64,000 nt of DNA from Caldisericota bacterium (GTDB lineage: Bacteria > Caldisericota > Caldisericia > UBA6126 > JAGPKI01): NCBI GenBank assembly GCA_052034135.1, contig JBPOJC010000005.1, positions 76-64,075 of the forward strand, given 5' to 3'. The position numbers and the translations under genes were made by a program. Within the stretch, counting starts at the first letter, position 1. Each line of letters begins with the position of its first letter. Below the pieces are notes generated by a model that searched no databases, had not been told where the DNA came from, and saw only the letters and a program-made list of their open reading frames with translations. Positions 1-9,554 of the stretch are shown here, piece after piece.

Positions 1-1
1 T

Positions 2-1030
2 ATTGATTCAATTGAAGGGTATGTTGGCAACTATAAAACAACCCTTAGCACAGGTGAAGCAATAGAACATGGTGTCGTTATTGTATCAACTGGTGCAATT
101 GAAAGCGAAATAAAATCTTTTATGTATGGAAAATCTGAAAGAATTATAACTCAAAGAGAATTCGAAGAAAAACTTTACAGAAATGAATTCACTGAACCTA
201 TGAATGTAGTAATGGTTCAGTGTGTGGAATCTCGAAACAAAGAACATCCATACTGTTCAAGAATATGCTGCCAGGAAGCTATTAAAAATGCTATAAAAAT
301 TAAGGAGAATTCTCCTCAAAGTGAGGTTTATATACTTTATAGAGACATAAGAACTTACGGTTTGAATGAACTTTATTACAAAAAAGCCCGTGAATTAGGC
401 ATTTTATTTATTAATTATGATGAAGATTGTTTACCAGAAGTTACTTTAGAAGGAGAAAATGTTTTTGTTTGTGTTAGAGATGTTCTTCTAAGAAGAGATT
501 TAGTGTTGAATCCTGATATTTTGGTCTTAAGTGCTGGAATTACTGCAGAACCAGGGAATGAAAGTTTATCAAAGTTTCTTAAAGTTCCACTAAATGAGGA
601 TAAATTCTTCTTAGAAGCTCATGTTAAACTTAGACCTGTTGAATTTGCAACTGATGGAGTATTCCTTTGCGGGCTTGCACATTCCCCTCTTACAATAGAA
701 GAAGCAATCGTTCAGGCAAGAGCTGCTGCTGGCAAAGCTTCAATAATTCTTTCAAAAGAAGGAATTGAAGCAGGAGGGAAAGTTGCAGAAGTGAACGAGA
801 GAAATTGTGTAGGGTGCGGAGTATGTGAGTCTGTATGTGCTTATGGGGCAGTTAAATTAGAAGAGAAAAAGATTTTTGGTGAAGTGAAAAGAGTATCATC
901 CGTGAACCCTTCGCTTTGTAAAGGTTGTGGAGCATGTGCAGGTGGATGTAGGTCTAATGCTATTGATATATCTGGATTCTCAAGTGAAGAGATAGTAGAT
1001 GCAATTGATGCTATTCTTGAACCAATCTAA
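2..1030 (+). CDS. hdrA: HdrA-like FAD-dependent oxidoreductase with C-terminal 2x[4Fe-4S] ferredoxin domain (5' end outside window)
   Basis: The frame of ORF 122..1030 stays open back to nt 2 (IDSIEGYVGNYKTTL..VIVSTGA). HdrA-type motifs CSRICC and VFLCGLAHSP are present, plus two CxxCxxCxxxC clusters (CVGCGVCESVC, CKGCGACAGGC). Confidence 0.75.
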   Translation: MDSIEGYVGNYKTTLSTGEAIEHGVVIVSTGAIESEIKSFMYGKSERIITQREFEEKLYRNEFTEPMNVVMVQCVESRNKEHPYCSRICCQEAIKNAIKIKENSPQSEVYILYRDIRTYGLNELYYKKARELGILFINYDEDCLPEVTLEGENVFVCVRDVLLRRDLVLNPDILVLSAGITAEPGNESLSKFLKVPLNEDKFFLEAHVKLRPVEFATDGVFLCGLAHSPLTIEEAIVQARAAAGKASIILSKEGIEAGGKVAEVNERNCVGCGVCESVCAYGAVKLEEKKIFGEVKRVSSVNPSLCKGCGACAGGCRSNAIDISGFSSEEIVDAIDAILEPI

Positions 1031-1052
1031 GTGTGATGGATGGTGATGATTT

Positions 1053-1502
1053 ATGAATGAGTTTGAACCAAAGATTGTTAGTTTTTTATGTAACTGGTGC
1101 TCTTATGCAGGAGCGGACCTTGCAGGAGTTTCAAGGTTTCAATATCCGTCAACTATAAGAATTATAAGAATCCCTTGCTCTGGAAGAGTTAATCATCTTT
1201 TTATTATGAGAGCTCTTTATGACGGAGCAGATGGAGTTTTAATTTCTGGTTGTCACCCTGGAGATTGTCACTATCAGACGGGGAACTATTATGCTCGCAG
1301 AAGATTAGAAATATTTAAGAATTTGCTCTTCCTAACTGGAATACCCCAAAATCGATTAAAGCTTGCATGGGTTTCTGCAAGTGAAGGAGCTCAATTTTCT
1401 AAGCTTGTTACTGAAATTACTGATAATGTTAAAGAATTAGGGAAAAATAGGGAATTTAGAGCATTTAGAGAAGATATTGAGGAGTTCTGTAATGAACAAT
1501 GA
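1053..1502 (+). CDS. mvhD: MvhD/FlpD-like hydrogenase iron-sulfur (delta) subunit
   Basis: FLCNWCSYAGADLAG, IRIPCSGRV and GCHPGDCHY are the hallmark Cys motifs of the MvhD family. It lies directly downstream of hdrA. Confidence 0.85.
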   Translation: MNEFEPKIVSFLCNWCSYAGADLAGVSRFQYPSTIRIIRIPCSGRVNHLFIMRALYDGADGVLISGCHPGDCHYQTGNYYARRRLEIFKNLLFLTGIPQNRLKLAWVSASEGAQFSKLVTEITDNVKELGKNREFRAFREDIEEFCNEQ

Positions 1503-2358
1503 TGAATTAATTACTGGAGAGATCAGAGAATTTGGTAGAAAAGCCTTTATTGAGGAAAATGTAGAAATTATTATTGGTTATGAAGCTTTGAGCGACAATA
1601 CTGTAAAGCCAGCAGTAATTTATGGTGAAAATGAAATTGATAAACTTACCTGGAATCAAACTGCATCGTTTAATCTTGCAACTCTTTTAAGGAAATTTAA
1701 AGGTAAAAAAACTGGAATAATTGCTAATGGTTGCATTGGAAGGTCATTAGTGGTCTTAATCAATGAAGGGCAAATAGAAAGAGAAAATTTAGTTATTATA
1801 GGTGTTCCCTGTCAGGGAATCCTTGACAAAAATAATGGAGAACTTTATGAAAATTGTATGAGCTGCAATCATCCTTCTCCTCCTGTTTTTGATTATATTG
1901 TACAAGTTGAGCCATTAAAAGCACAGGGGGATACATTGGGAGAAAGAATAAAAAAAATCGAAGCAATGAGTGAGAGCGAAAAACTCTCATATTTTAAAGA
2001 GCAGATGAATAAGTGTATTAGATGTTATGCTTGCAGGCAGGCATGCCCCATGTGTTATTGCGAGACCTGTTTTGTCGATATTAACTCTCCAAAATGGTTA
2101 TCTAAAGAAACAACGAACGAGGATAATACAATATGGAATATTACTCGAATTTATCATCTTGCTGGAAGATGTGTTGAATGTGGTGCATGCAGCATAGCTT
2201 GCCCGGAAGGGTTAGATCTTATGTACTTAATAGGGAAAATGAATAGAGATACAAAGAGATTATTTGGTTTTGAAGCAGGACTTAAAATTGGATTAAAGGG
2301 AAGTCTTGAGACATTTAACCCGAATGATCCTGATTTCTTCTGGAAAGGAGAATCATAA
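1477..2358 (+). CDS. 4Fe-4S dicluster protein of the Hdr/Mvh-associated module
   Basis: CIRCYACRQACPMCYC and CVECGACSIACPEG cluster motifs. It overlaps the mvhD 3' end. The start could instead be the ATG at 1492. Confidence 0.5.
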   Translation: MRSSVMNNDELITGEIREFGRKAFIEENVEIIIGYEALSDNTVKPAVIYGENEIDKLTWNQTASFNLATLLRKFKGKKTGIIANGCIGRSLVVLINEGQIERENLVIIGVPCQGILDKNNGELYENCMSCNHPSPPVFDYIVQVEPLKAQGDTLGERIKKIEAMSESEKLSYFKEQMNKCIRCYACRQACPMCYCETCFVDINSPKWLSKETTNEDNTIWNITRIYHLAGRCVECGACSIACPEGLDLMYLIGKMNRDTKRLFGFEAGLKIGLKGSLETFNPNDPDFFWKGES

Positions 2359-2364
2359 AAATAT

Positions 2365-3381
2365 ATGAAGCTCTTAAAGATAAAAAAAGATAGTTTTATT
2401 GAGGCTTTAAGAAATTTACAAAGTGAGTTTAAAATATATGTTCCAAAAAAAGAGGATGAAAATGTAGTTTTTGGTGAGATTGGCGATATCAAAGATATTG
2501 ATTTCAGGTTTGAGAGAGTCTCTCGTCCCATAAAGGAATTTGTCTTACCTCAAAATGAAACTTTATTCTACTTTTTAAAGGATGGGTCAAAAGAGAAAGA
2601 ATCTTTTGATACATCAAAAAGAATTCTTTTGGGTGTAAAGCCATGTGATGCAAAAACTTTGAAGTTATTGGATTTTAATTTTTTAGATTGCTCTTATATT
2701 GATCCATATTATGAAAAAAGGAGAAAAAATACTTTTGTTATATCCATAGCTTGCAGTGAATTTGGAGAAAATTGCTTTTGTGACGCATTAGGGGATAATC
2801 CTTATAAGCTTAATGGAGCTGATGCTATTATTTATACTATTTCTAATGAGGAGCTGAATTTATTGATAGATAACGATGTGATTTTCTCTTTCTTTAAAGA
2901 TTATTGTAACAGAATGGAAGAAGTGAATAACGAAGAAGAAGTTAGTGAAAAAGGTAAAGTAGCAGAAAGAGCCACTAAAGCTCTACCTGTAAAAGAACTT
3001 AAAGAAAAACTTCCAAGTGTAATAGGGAGTACTGATTTGTGGAAGAAAATATCAGCTACCTGCATAGAGTGTGGGGTTTGCACTTATCTATGCCCTGCAT
3101 GCTATTGTTTTGATATAAATGATATTACTTTTGGTAAAGGTGGTAAAAGATTCAGAAGCTACGATAGTTGCATGTTTAAAGAGTACACTTTGGAAGCAAG
3201 TGGGCATAACCCAAGACCAACAGGTGCTGAAAGATGGAGGCAGAGATTATTACACAAATTTCTTTACTATCCAGATCTTTACAATGAATTAGGATGTAGC
3301 GGATGCGGACGATGCATAGATAAATGTCCTTCAAAAATAGATATAAGGGAGGTTATTAATTATGCCTTCAATTATAAATGA
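2365..3381 (+). CDS. AsrA/HydB-like 4Fe-4S protein (anaerobic sulfite reductase subunit A / sulfhydrogenase beta family)
   Basis: CIECGVCTYLCPACYCFD and CSGCGRCIDKCP motifs. Its size and its pairing with the downstream AsrB/HydG-like flavoprotein fit this family. Confidence 0.55.
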   Translation: MKLLKIKKDSFIEALRNLQSEFKIYVPKKEDENVVFGEIGDIKDIDFRFERVSRPIKEFVLPQNETLFYFLKDGSKEKESFDTSKRILLGVKPCDAKTLKLLDFNFLDCSYIDPYYEKRRKNTFVISIACSEFGENCFCDALGDNPYKLNGADAIIYTISNEELNLLIDNDVIFSFFKDYCNRMEEVNNEEEVSEKGKVAERATKALPVKELKEKLPSVIGSTDLWKKISATCIECGVCTYLCPACYCFDINDITFGKGGKRFRSYDSCMFKEYTLEASGHNPRPTGAERWRQRLLHKFLYYPDLYNELGCSGCGRCIDKCPSKIDIREVINYAFNYK

Positions 3382-4210
3382 TAATCCTTACTTACCGGTT
3401 CCAGCAAAAGTCGAATCTACCTATTTTGAGAGCGATGATAGAACTCTCAAGACATTGACTTTTTCTTTTCTTGATACATCTTTGAGAGAAAAGTTTAACT
3501 TTCTCCCAGGCCAATTTATTGAACTTTCTATACTCGGCAAAGGAGAAAGTCCATTTGGAATTGCATCAAATCCAAATGAGGAGCTGATAAAAATAACAGT
3601 AAATCGAACTGGCTACGTGACAAAAGCTATTCACAATCTTTCTAAAGGGGATATAGTTGGAATTAGGGGACCGCTTGGAAATTGGTTCCCTATTTCTAAA
3701 TTTGTTGGATCAAACTTGGCTATAATATCTGGTGGTTTTGCATTTACTACGCTTGCATCTTTAACAGATTATCTCCTCGAAAATTATTCAGACAAATTAG
3801 GTAAAATTTATCTAATATATGGAGCAAGGAATCCTGGTATGCTTCTTTACAGGGATAAACTTAAAGAGTGGAGCAATAATCCGAGACTCGAAACATATAT
3901 AACTATTGATAATAAAGTTAATGGTTGGGATGGACTTACTGGATTTGTTCCAGATATTGTTGAAAAGACTGATATTGATATTCAGAATACTTACACTGTG
4001 ATATGTGGTCCGCCAATTATGATTAAGTTAACTATTCCTAAACTTCTTAATAAAGGCATAAGAAAAGACTATATTTATACTTCTTTAGAGCGCAGGATGA
4101 AGTGTGGAATAGGAAAATGCGGGAGATGCAATATAGGAAAAAATTTTGTCTGTAAAGATGGACCAGTTTTTAACTATGCAGACTTAGAAGGCTTACCTGA
4201 GGAGTATTAA
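3362..4210 (+). CDS. FAD/NAD(P)-binding oxidoreductase with C-terminal 2Fe-2S site (AsrB/HydG/PyrK family)
   Basis: Ferredoxin-reductase-type fold motifs (PGQFIELS, GPLG, IISGGFAFT) and a C-terminal CGIGKCGRCNIG..CKDGPVF cluster. Confidence 0.7.
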   Translation: MPSIINDNPYLPVPAKVESTYFESDDRTLKTLTFSFLDTSLREKFNFLPGQFIELSILGKGESPFGIASNPNEELIKITVNRTGYVTKAIHNLSKGDIVGIRGPLGNWFPISKFVGSNLAIISGGFAFTTLASLTDYLLENYSDKLGKIYLIYGARNPGMLLYRDKLKEWSNNPRLETYITIDNKVNGWDGLTGFVPDIVEKTDIDIQNTYTVICGPPIMIKLTIPKLLNKGIRKDYIYTSLERRMKCGIGKCGRCNIGKNFVCKDGPVFNYADLEGLPEEY

Positions 4211-4222
4211 AGGAGTTAAAAA

Positions 4223-4951
4223 ATGTTAAAGATTGAAAATTTATCAGTGAGTGTAGAAGATAAACTAATTCTTAAAAATGTTAACTTGGAAATTGGTGAG
4301 GGTGAAACTCATATTCTATTAGGTCCTAACGGTGGGGGGAAAACAACTTTACTTCTTACAATTATGGGACTTCCTAAATATAAGGTTTTAAACGGAAGAA
4401 TAATTTTTAGAGGTACTGATATAACAAATATGTCAATTGATAATCGGTCTAAATTAGGAATTGGATTAATGTTTCAGAAACCTCCGAGAGTAACAGGAGT
4501 TAAACTTTTACAAATTTGCGAATTGGCAAGCAATAAAAAATTAAAACCTCTTGAAATAGAAAAATTCTCAGAAAAACTTAATCTTAGAGAACATCTAAAT
4601 AGAGATATAAATGATGGTTTTTCAGGTGGGGAAATGAAACGATCTGAGCTTTTGCAGATATTATGTCAGAATCCAAGTCTTGTACTTCTTGATGAACCAG
4701 AATCTGGTGTTGACCTTGATAATCTTTCTATTGTTGGCGAATTAATAAATGAGCTTCTTGAAAAGGATAAAGTAAAAGGGAGAATACGCTCTGGGCTTAT
4801 TGTAACACATCTGGGGTATATACTTAACTTTGTCAATTCAGATAAGGGACACGTACTAATGGATGGTGAAATTATCTGTAGTGGAAATCCAAGAGACCTA
4901 TTTGAAGAAATTAAAAAGCATGGGTTTGAAAGGTGTAAAGAATGCAACTAA
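4223..4951 (+). CDS. sufC: Fe-S cluster assembly ATPase SufC
   Basis: Walker A GPNGGGKTT, the FSGGEMKRSELLQIL signature, Walker B LVLLDEPESGVD, and a downstream sufB. Confidence 0.9.
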   Translation: MLKIENLSVSVEDKLILKNVNLEIGEGETHILLGPNGGGKTTLLLTIMGLPKYKVLNGRIIFRGTDITNMSIDNRSKLGIGLMFQKPPRVTGVKLLQICELASNKKLKPLEIEKFSEKLNLREHLNRDINDGFSGGEMKRSELLQILCQNPSLVLLDEPESGVDLDNLSIVGELINELLEKDKVKGRIRSGLIVTHLGYILNFVNSDKGHVLMDGEIICSGNPRDLFEEIKKHGFERCKECN

Positions 4952-6189
4952 AAGAGATTATGGAAGAATTTAAAGAAAAGGCAAAAAGAGCAGAAAATAA
5001 AGCTGCCCTATATGGAGAAGATATAGATTTAAAAAAATATTCATTACCCCCAGAAGAAGAAAATATTTCTTCTCTATCCTCTCTTCCCGATGATCTACAG
5101 GAAATTGCAAAATCATCAGGAATAGATATTGGGGAAAAAGAAAGATCCGGAAGTTACATCCAGCTTGATCAATCTGCAATTTATAGCAGAGTTAATGAAA
5201 TTTACAAAGGACAACTCGAAATAACAAGTATAAATGATGCGCTTTTAAAGTATCCTGAGATTGCTAATGAATATCTATGGAAAACTATTCCCGTTGATCA
5301 GGATAAATATACAGCATTTTCTGAGCTTTATTCAAAGAACGGTTACTTTATAAGGGTATTTAAAGGGCAACATGTTGAAATACCTATTCAGGCGTGTCTT
5401 TTACTTAAAGAAAATTCTTCTGTTCAGAATGTTCACAATATAATAATAATGGAAGAGGGATCAAGTGCACAGATAATTACTGGATGTGCTGTTCACCCAA
5501 AAGTTGATGATGGTATTCACATAGGCATATCTGAATTTTTTATTAAAGATGGAGCAATGCTTACTTTTACAATGATACATAATTGGAGTGAAAATTTTCA
5601 TGTAAGACCAAGATCAGGAGCAATTATAGAAGATAATGGCAAGTTTATAAATAATTATGTACTATTAAAACCCGTTAAAAGCGTCCAAATGTTCCCAGTT
5701 GCCACACTTAAGGGTAATGATTCTCATGCAAAGTTTAATTCATTGATGTATGGACTTAAAAATTCAAAGATTGATGTTGGATCAAAGATAGTTCTTTCTG
5801 GAAACAATTCTTCTGGGGAAGCTATTTCAAGAGCAATAGCTAAGGATTCATCTATTATTAACGCAAGAGGAACTCTCGTTTCAGTTAATAATAGTACACG
5901 AGCTCATCTTGACTGCAGGGGAATACTTCTTTCGGAGAATGCAAAAATTTATGCAGTGCCAGAGCTTTTAGCAGATGGTACACCAAAAGCTGATCTTTCA
6001 CATGAAGCAGCAATAGGACCAATTTCAGATGAAGTGGTTGAATACCTTATGAGCAGAGGTATATCTAAAGATGATGCAGTATCACTTATAACCTCTGGTT
6101 TTATGGATGTAAAAATATTAGGCTTACCAGAACAACTTGAGAATTATATAAATGAACTGGTTAAACTAACAGCAAAAGAGTCTTTATAA
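4942..6189 (+). CDS. sufB: Fe-S cluster assembly scaffold SufB/SufD family protein
   Basis: C-terminal ADLSHEAAIGPISDEVVEYLMSRGISKDDAVSLITSGF matches the conserved SufB tail. It overlaps sufC by 10 nt. Confidence 0.85.
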   Translation: MQLKEIMEEFKEKAKRAENKAALYGEDIDLKKYSLPPEEENISSLSSLPDDLQEIAKSSGIDIGEKERSGSYIQLDQSAIYSRVNEIYKGQLEITSINDALLKYPEIANEYLWKTIPVDQDKYTAFSELYSKNGYFIRVFKGQHVEIPIQACLLLKENSSVQNVHNIIIMEEGSSAQIITGCAVHPKVDDGIHIGISEFFIKDGAMLTFTMIHNWSENFHVRPRSGAIIEDNGKFINNYVLLKPVKSVQMFPVATLKGNDSHAKFNSLMYGLKNSKIDVGSKIVLSGNNSSGEAISRAIAKDSSIINARGTLVSVNNSTRAHLDCRGILLSENAKIYAVPELLADGTPKADLSHEAAIGPISDEVVEYLMSRGISKDDAVSLITSGFMDVKILGLPEQLENYINELVKLTAKESL

Positions 6190-6888
6190 AAGAGAATTTT
6201 ATTATATTGGTTTACTAATAGTTAGTCTTTTTCGTTAATCAAGAAATGTTACTCTATCAACTTATTATCTAAATGAAGAAGTATTCTTCCATAATAATTT
6301 CAGATTATACAAGCTAAAAAGTAGCGAGAATTAAATTTAGAGTTCATAGTGCCAGCTATAACCTTATTATACAATTTCTGAAATATTACTTATTTGAATT
6401 GATGATGGAATCAATAAGGATATTAATCCTTTCAACGTCAAGATATTTATGAAAATACTTTAATTTTTAAAATGCTTCAGTAAGCGATAGAGGCTCTTTC
6501 TAAAGATAATGTAATGTGTTTGGTAATTATATTAAGAAATTTGGTACAAGCATAAAGCTAAAAAAGCTGAAAAGTGTGACCTTTTTCTAACGCCATCAGG
6601 AATTGTCACTTATATTGATTACTAATTAAGCAGAAAAACATTTAATGTAGCGCAGACACATTCCTGTCTGTTCCTTTTAATGCAACTGGCTTAATGCTAT
6701 TAAACGCAAATAAGGAGATCCTTCAGTCGCTGAGATGATGCTTCTTCAGGAAGACGGTGAGTTGTTAGAGATCATTCGGTCGTTGTGAAGACACTTCCTC
6801 TATTTTTTTCTTTCTGAGCGTAAGCGAAGAATCTCCTCATTTAATCTTTTCGTTATTCTTGTAGCGGTGGACATACCTTTATGCCACT

Positions 6889-6920
6889 GTCATCCCCGAA
6901 ATCTTTTATCGGGGATCCAG
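6889..6920 (+). repeat. Hairpin repeat copy 1 (stem ATCCCCGA / TCGGGGAT)
   Basis: gtcatccccgaaatcttttatcggggatccag contains a perfect 8-bp inverted repeat. Confidence 0.9.
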
Positions 6921-6930
6921 TAGAGAAGCC

Positions 6931-6972
6931 GTCATCCCCGAATGTATTTATCGTGGATCCAGACCAATTTTT
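6931..6972 (+). repeat. Hairpin repeat copy 2 (one stem mismatch) with AGACCAATTTTT tail
   Basis: gtcatccccgaatgtatttatcgtggatccagaccaattttt. Confidence 0.85.
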
Positions 6973-7092
6973 AACATTTTTTGTATTTAGGAGTGACAAA
7001 ATTGTCATTTTTACCTCACTTATATATATGGAGAGTTTATTTTTACACATTTTGCATGAGGTAGAAATATGGAACCATCCTTGGTATCCTGG

Positions 7093-7112
7093 ATTCCCGC
7101 TTCCGCGGGAAT
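7093..7112. repeat. Perfect 8-bp stem hairpin ATTCCCGC-TTCC-GCGGGAAT
   Basis: Read directly from the sequence. It abuts the 42-bp tandem repeat. Confidence 0.9.
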
Positions 7113-7200
7113 GACAAGAAGAAAATGCGGGAATGACAAGAAAATCATAGGAATGACAAGAAGAAAATGCGGGAATGACAAGAAAATCATAGGAATGACA
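7109..7200. repeat. 42-bp tandem repeat, about 2.2 copies (GAATGACAAGAAGAAAATGCGG + GAATGACAAGAAAATCATAG)
   Basis: Exact repetition at 7109-7150 and 7151-7192, plus a partial third copy. It is mirrored as the repeated peptide CHSYDFLVIPAFSS in the spurious minus-strand ORF. Confidence 0.9.
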
Positions 7201-7280
7201 CATTAGGAGACCCTTCGTCGCTTTTAGAGATGCTCCTCAGGGTGATGGGGGGGGGCAGCCATCCCTTGCTCCTCCCGTCC

Positions 7281-7319
7281 TTCCGAAGTGCGGTATTTTC
7301 GCACAAGTCCTTAGGAATC
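7281..7319 (+). repeat. 39-nt repeat, copy 1 (contains hairpin GTGCG-GTATTTT-CGCAC)
   Basis: ttccgaagtgcggtattttcgcacaagtccttaggaatc is identical to 7569..7607. Confidence 0.95.
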
Positions 7320-7399
7320 TCAACACCCCCACACCGTCATTCTGAGCGAAGCGAAGAATCTCCTCTTTGTCTTTTGTCATCCTCGAATTACATACAATT

Positions 7400-7441
7400 G
7401 TCATCCCCGAACTCATTTATCGGGGATCCAGACCAATTTTT
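7400..7441 (+). repeat. Hairpin repeat copy 3 with AGACCAATTTTT tail
   Basis: gtcatccccgaactcatttatcggggatccagaccaattttt. The termini are near-identical to the copy at 6931. Confidence 0.9.
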
Positions 7442-7568
7442 CTTATATTACAAACATTCTTGTCTGTTTATTGTAATTTCCGAATATATCTGTAAGGATA
7501 CAGAGAAGCGGAGACCCTTACGAAGCTAAATACAGATATGCCTCCTCAGGATGACTCCCAACAATACA

Positions 7569-7607
7569 TTCCGAAGTGCGGTATTTTCGCACAAGTCCTT
7601 AGGAATC
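7569..7607 (+). repeat. 39-nt repeat, copy 2
   Basis: Identical 39-mer located 288 bp downstream of copy 1. Confidence 0.95.
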
Positions 7608-8370
7608 GTCTTATTTTTTTTCTGTTAATCAGAAGTCGCATCTTTTAGTGGTTGCAACAAGGTATCTATATATCTATTTTCGATATGGAGTAAAAGAAAT
7701 CTTACACACTTAACTAATTCTTTATAGAATTTTAGGATTTTCTGATGAAGATAACAAAAACATTAGAGGAAAGCAAAAGAAGCAAAACCTTTTAATTAAA
7801 TAAAGTAATTATTAAAGGCATTATAATGTCTGTAAAGCATCCTTTATAGACATACATAAATTATTATAATTTTCGAGATAAATTAAGGAGTTATTTTAGA
7901 ATAAGGCTCATAGAAAGCCTCTACTCTTTCACCTTTCCTTGTTAGAAAAGAGAGCATTCTTGTAATAATATAAGCTCTAATCATTGCTTTAATATCAGAT
8001 ATAATAAAATCCTTCTTTCTTATATTTTATTAAGCAAAGAAATAACTCTTAATTGTTATCTTTCTATTTGAGACTCATTACTATTTCTATTTTTTATCTC
8101 ATATGGTTTAATTATTTTATGAGTTTATAAAATTGAATATGTTTTTGATAAATAAATTAAAGCCTGTTGATATTCTTTTGATTAGCAGGAATATTTATGT
8201 TTAGGCAAAGGTTTATTCTTGCATATTTGAAGCTTTTATTGAAATCTTCATTCTTATATATCTTTTGATTGTTTTGAGTAAAAAATTATGAAGTAACTCA
8301 TAGAAATATGGGAGGTTTTTATAAATTATTTTTTATATTGTTAAAATTTTAATATAGGAGGAATAAGTTT

Positions 8371-8604
8371 ATGAAGATAGGAAAAACAATCAAGTTTTTT
8401 GGCATTCTTTATTTTATTAGTGGTATTATATTAGGTATTGCCTTTGGTCTTTTTCTATCAATAAATATAAAATTATCGTATAGCCCTTTATTTTTTGTTG
8501 TTTTCTGTAGTTTCTTAATTGCATCATCATTTCTCAATGCTATTAATGGTATTTTTTTTGGAAATGAAATACAGAAATTCTTAAATTCATTAAAAAATGA
8601 TTGA
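8371..8604 (+). CDS. Small hypothetical membrane protein (2 predicted TM helices)
   Basis: A strong SD (ATAGGAGGAATAAGTTT) precedes the ATG and the sequence is hydrophobic. It is isolated within an AT-rich non-coding stretch. Confidence 0.45.
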   Translation: MKIGKTIKFFGILYFISGIILGIAFGLFLSINIKLSYSPLFFVVFCSFLIASSFLNAINGIFFGNEIQKFLNSLKND

Positions 8605-9248
8605 AGCTATCAAATTTGATGATAGTGGTTCCTGATAATCCTACCAACAAAGTTCCAGGAACTCTAATAATTTCTTCAGAAGGCATAAAATTGTAACTGA
8701 AAAACTTCTTTTAACTGGATTCTCCTTTATAATCCTTTACGTATTCCTTACTATGTTACTTTCTGAATATAAATTTGCTATTAAAACTAAACCAATCAAT
8801 ATCACTAATTAATGGCAGTTAGCTATAAATGTTAAAAATTTCAGTAATTTGGCAAAACTGATTTAAATGAAAGAGCTATTGCAAAAGTCAAGCCATAAGC
8901 CAATTAATTCTTTTTAGTAAAACCATCCGTAAATTATGCCTAAATTTATAAATACTTTATATTAATAAGGTTTAATCTTAACGTTGGACTTTAGCCATTC
9001 AGAATTTTATAGTATATAGATAAAAAACAAAATTTGTTTATTCCGACGAATAGGTGTTAATCCTTAAGTTTTTTTCAGAGCAGTAAGTTTTTATGAAAAA
9101 CTTTTTAGAGGGTCAGATTTTGACACTCAAAAGAATATAATTTATAAAATCTTTTAGAAAAAAGGAGGTATTTTAAATCTCTGAGAAAGTAAAGATTTAC
9201 AAATCGATTTATCCTGTAGAAGAGGTATCAGACAAAGAAAGAGAAGAG

Positions 9249-9473
9249 ATGGTTGACTATTTAATAAAGAAAATTCCACGAGATATATTCGAGAAAGTTT
9301 ATGAAGCAATCAAGAAGGATGGAGAACATTGGTATATAGCGCATCATTTCGGCTTTGGAATGAGTGTAAGAAACCTTTTGAGGGGGAAATTTGACTGGAG
9401 AGATGATACTACGCTTGATAATAGCTGGCAAATTCTTGTTAAAGAAGCAGTAAATAAACTTTTTGAATCGTAA
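9249..9473 (+). CDS. Hypothetical protein (74 aa)
   Basis: ORF only. The same frame is open back to 9177, where a GGAGG (9164-9168) sits 8 nt upstream of a non-canonical ATC codon, so the true start and gene integrity are uncertain. Confidence 0.3.
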   Translation: MVDYLIKKIPRDIFEKVYEAIKKDGEHWYIAHHFGFGMSVRNLLRGKFDWRDDTTLDNSWQILVKEAVNKLFES

Positions 9474-9554
9474 ATGCATAAACTAATCGAAAATGTGAGA
9501 ATTGATTTGACAAAATATATCTTAGAGTTACAACATTATACGGAGATGTAAAAT

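Larger units (their letters stand above)
6650..7610. repeat. Dense mosaic of short hairpin/interspersed repeat modules (REP/MITE-like), non-coding
   Basis: Several recurring modules are visible. These are GTCATCCCCGAA..TTATCGGGGATCCAG (3 copies), GGAGACCCTTCGTCGC..CTCCTCAGGGTGA-type units, CGTCATTCTGAGCGAAGCGAAGAATCTCCTC units, a 39-nt exact duplicate and a 42-bp tandem repeat. The ORFs predicted here merely translate the repeats. Confidence 0.85.

Noticed and set aside
7109-7200. 42-bp tandem repeat considered as a mini CRISPR array or a coding repeat
   Set aside because: It has only 2.2 contiguous copies without spacers. The ORF covering it (6853..7203, minus strand) simply translates repeat DNA and has no RBS or coherent protein features.
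6853-7529. ORFs 6853..7203 (-), 6881..7114 (+) and 7230..7529 (+)
   Set aside because: They lie entirely within the repeat mosaic and overlap each other on opposite strands. Their peptides are repeat translations (e.g. SSPKSFIGDP, CHSYDFLVIPAFSS). They are not credible genes.
8605-8680. Palindromes CTATCA-AATT-TGATAG and GTTCCTG..CCAGGAAC after the small ORF at 8371
   Set aside because: These are real inverted repeats, but they are short and isolated and have no U-tract or recurring partner elsewhere in the window. There is not enough evidence to call a terminator or a binding site.
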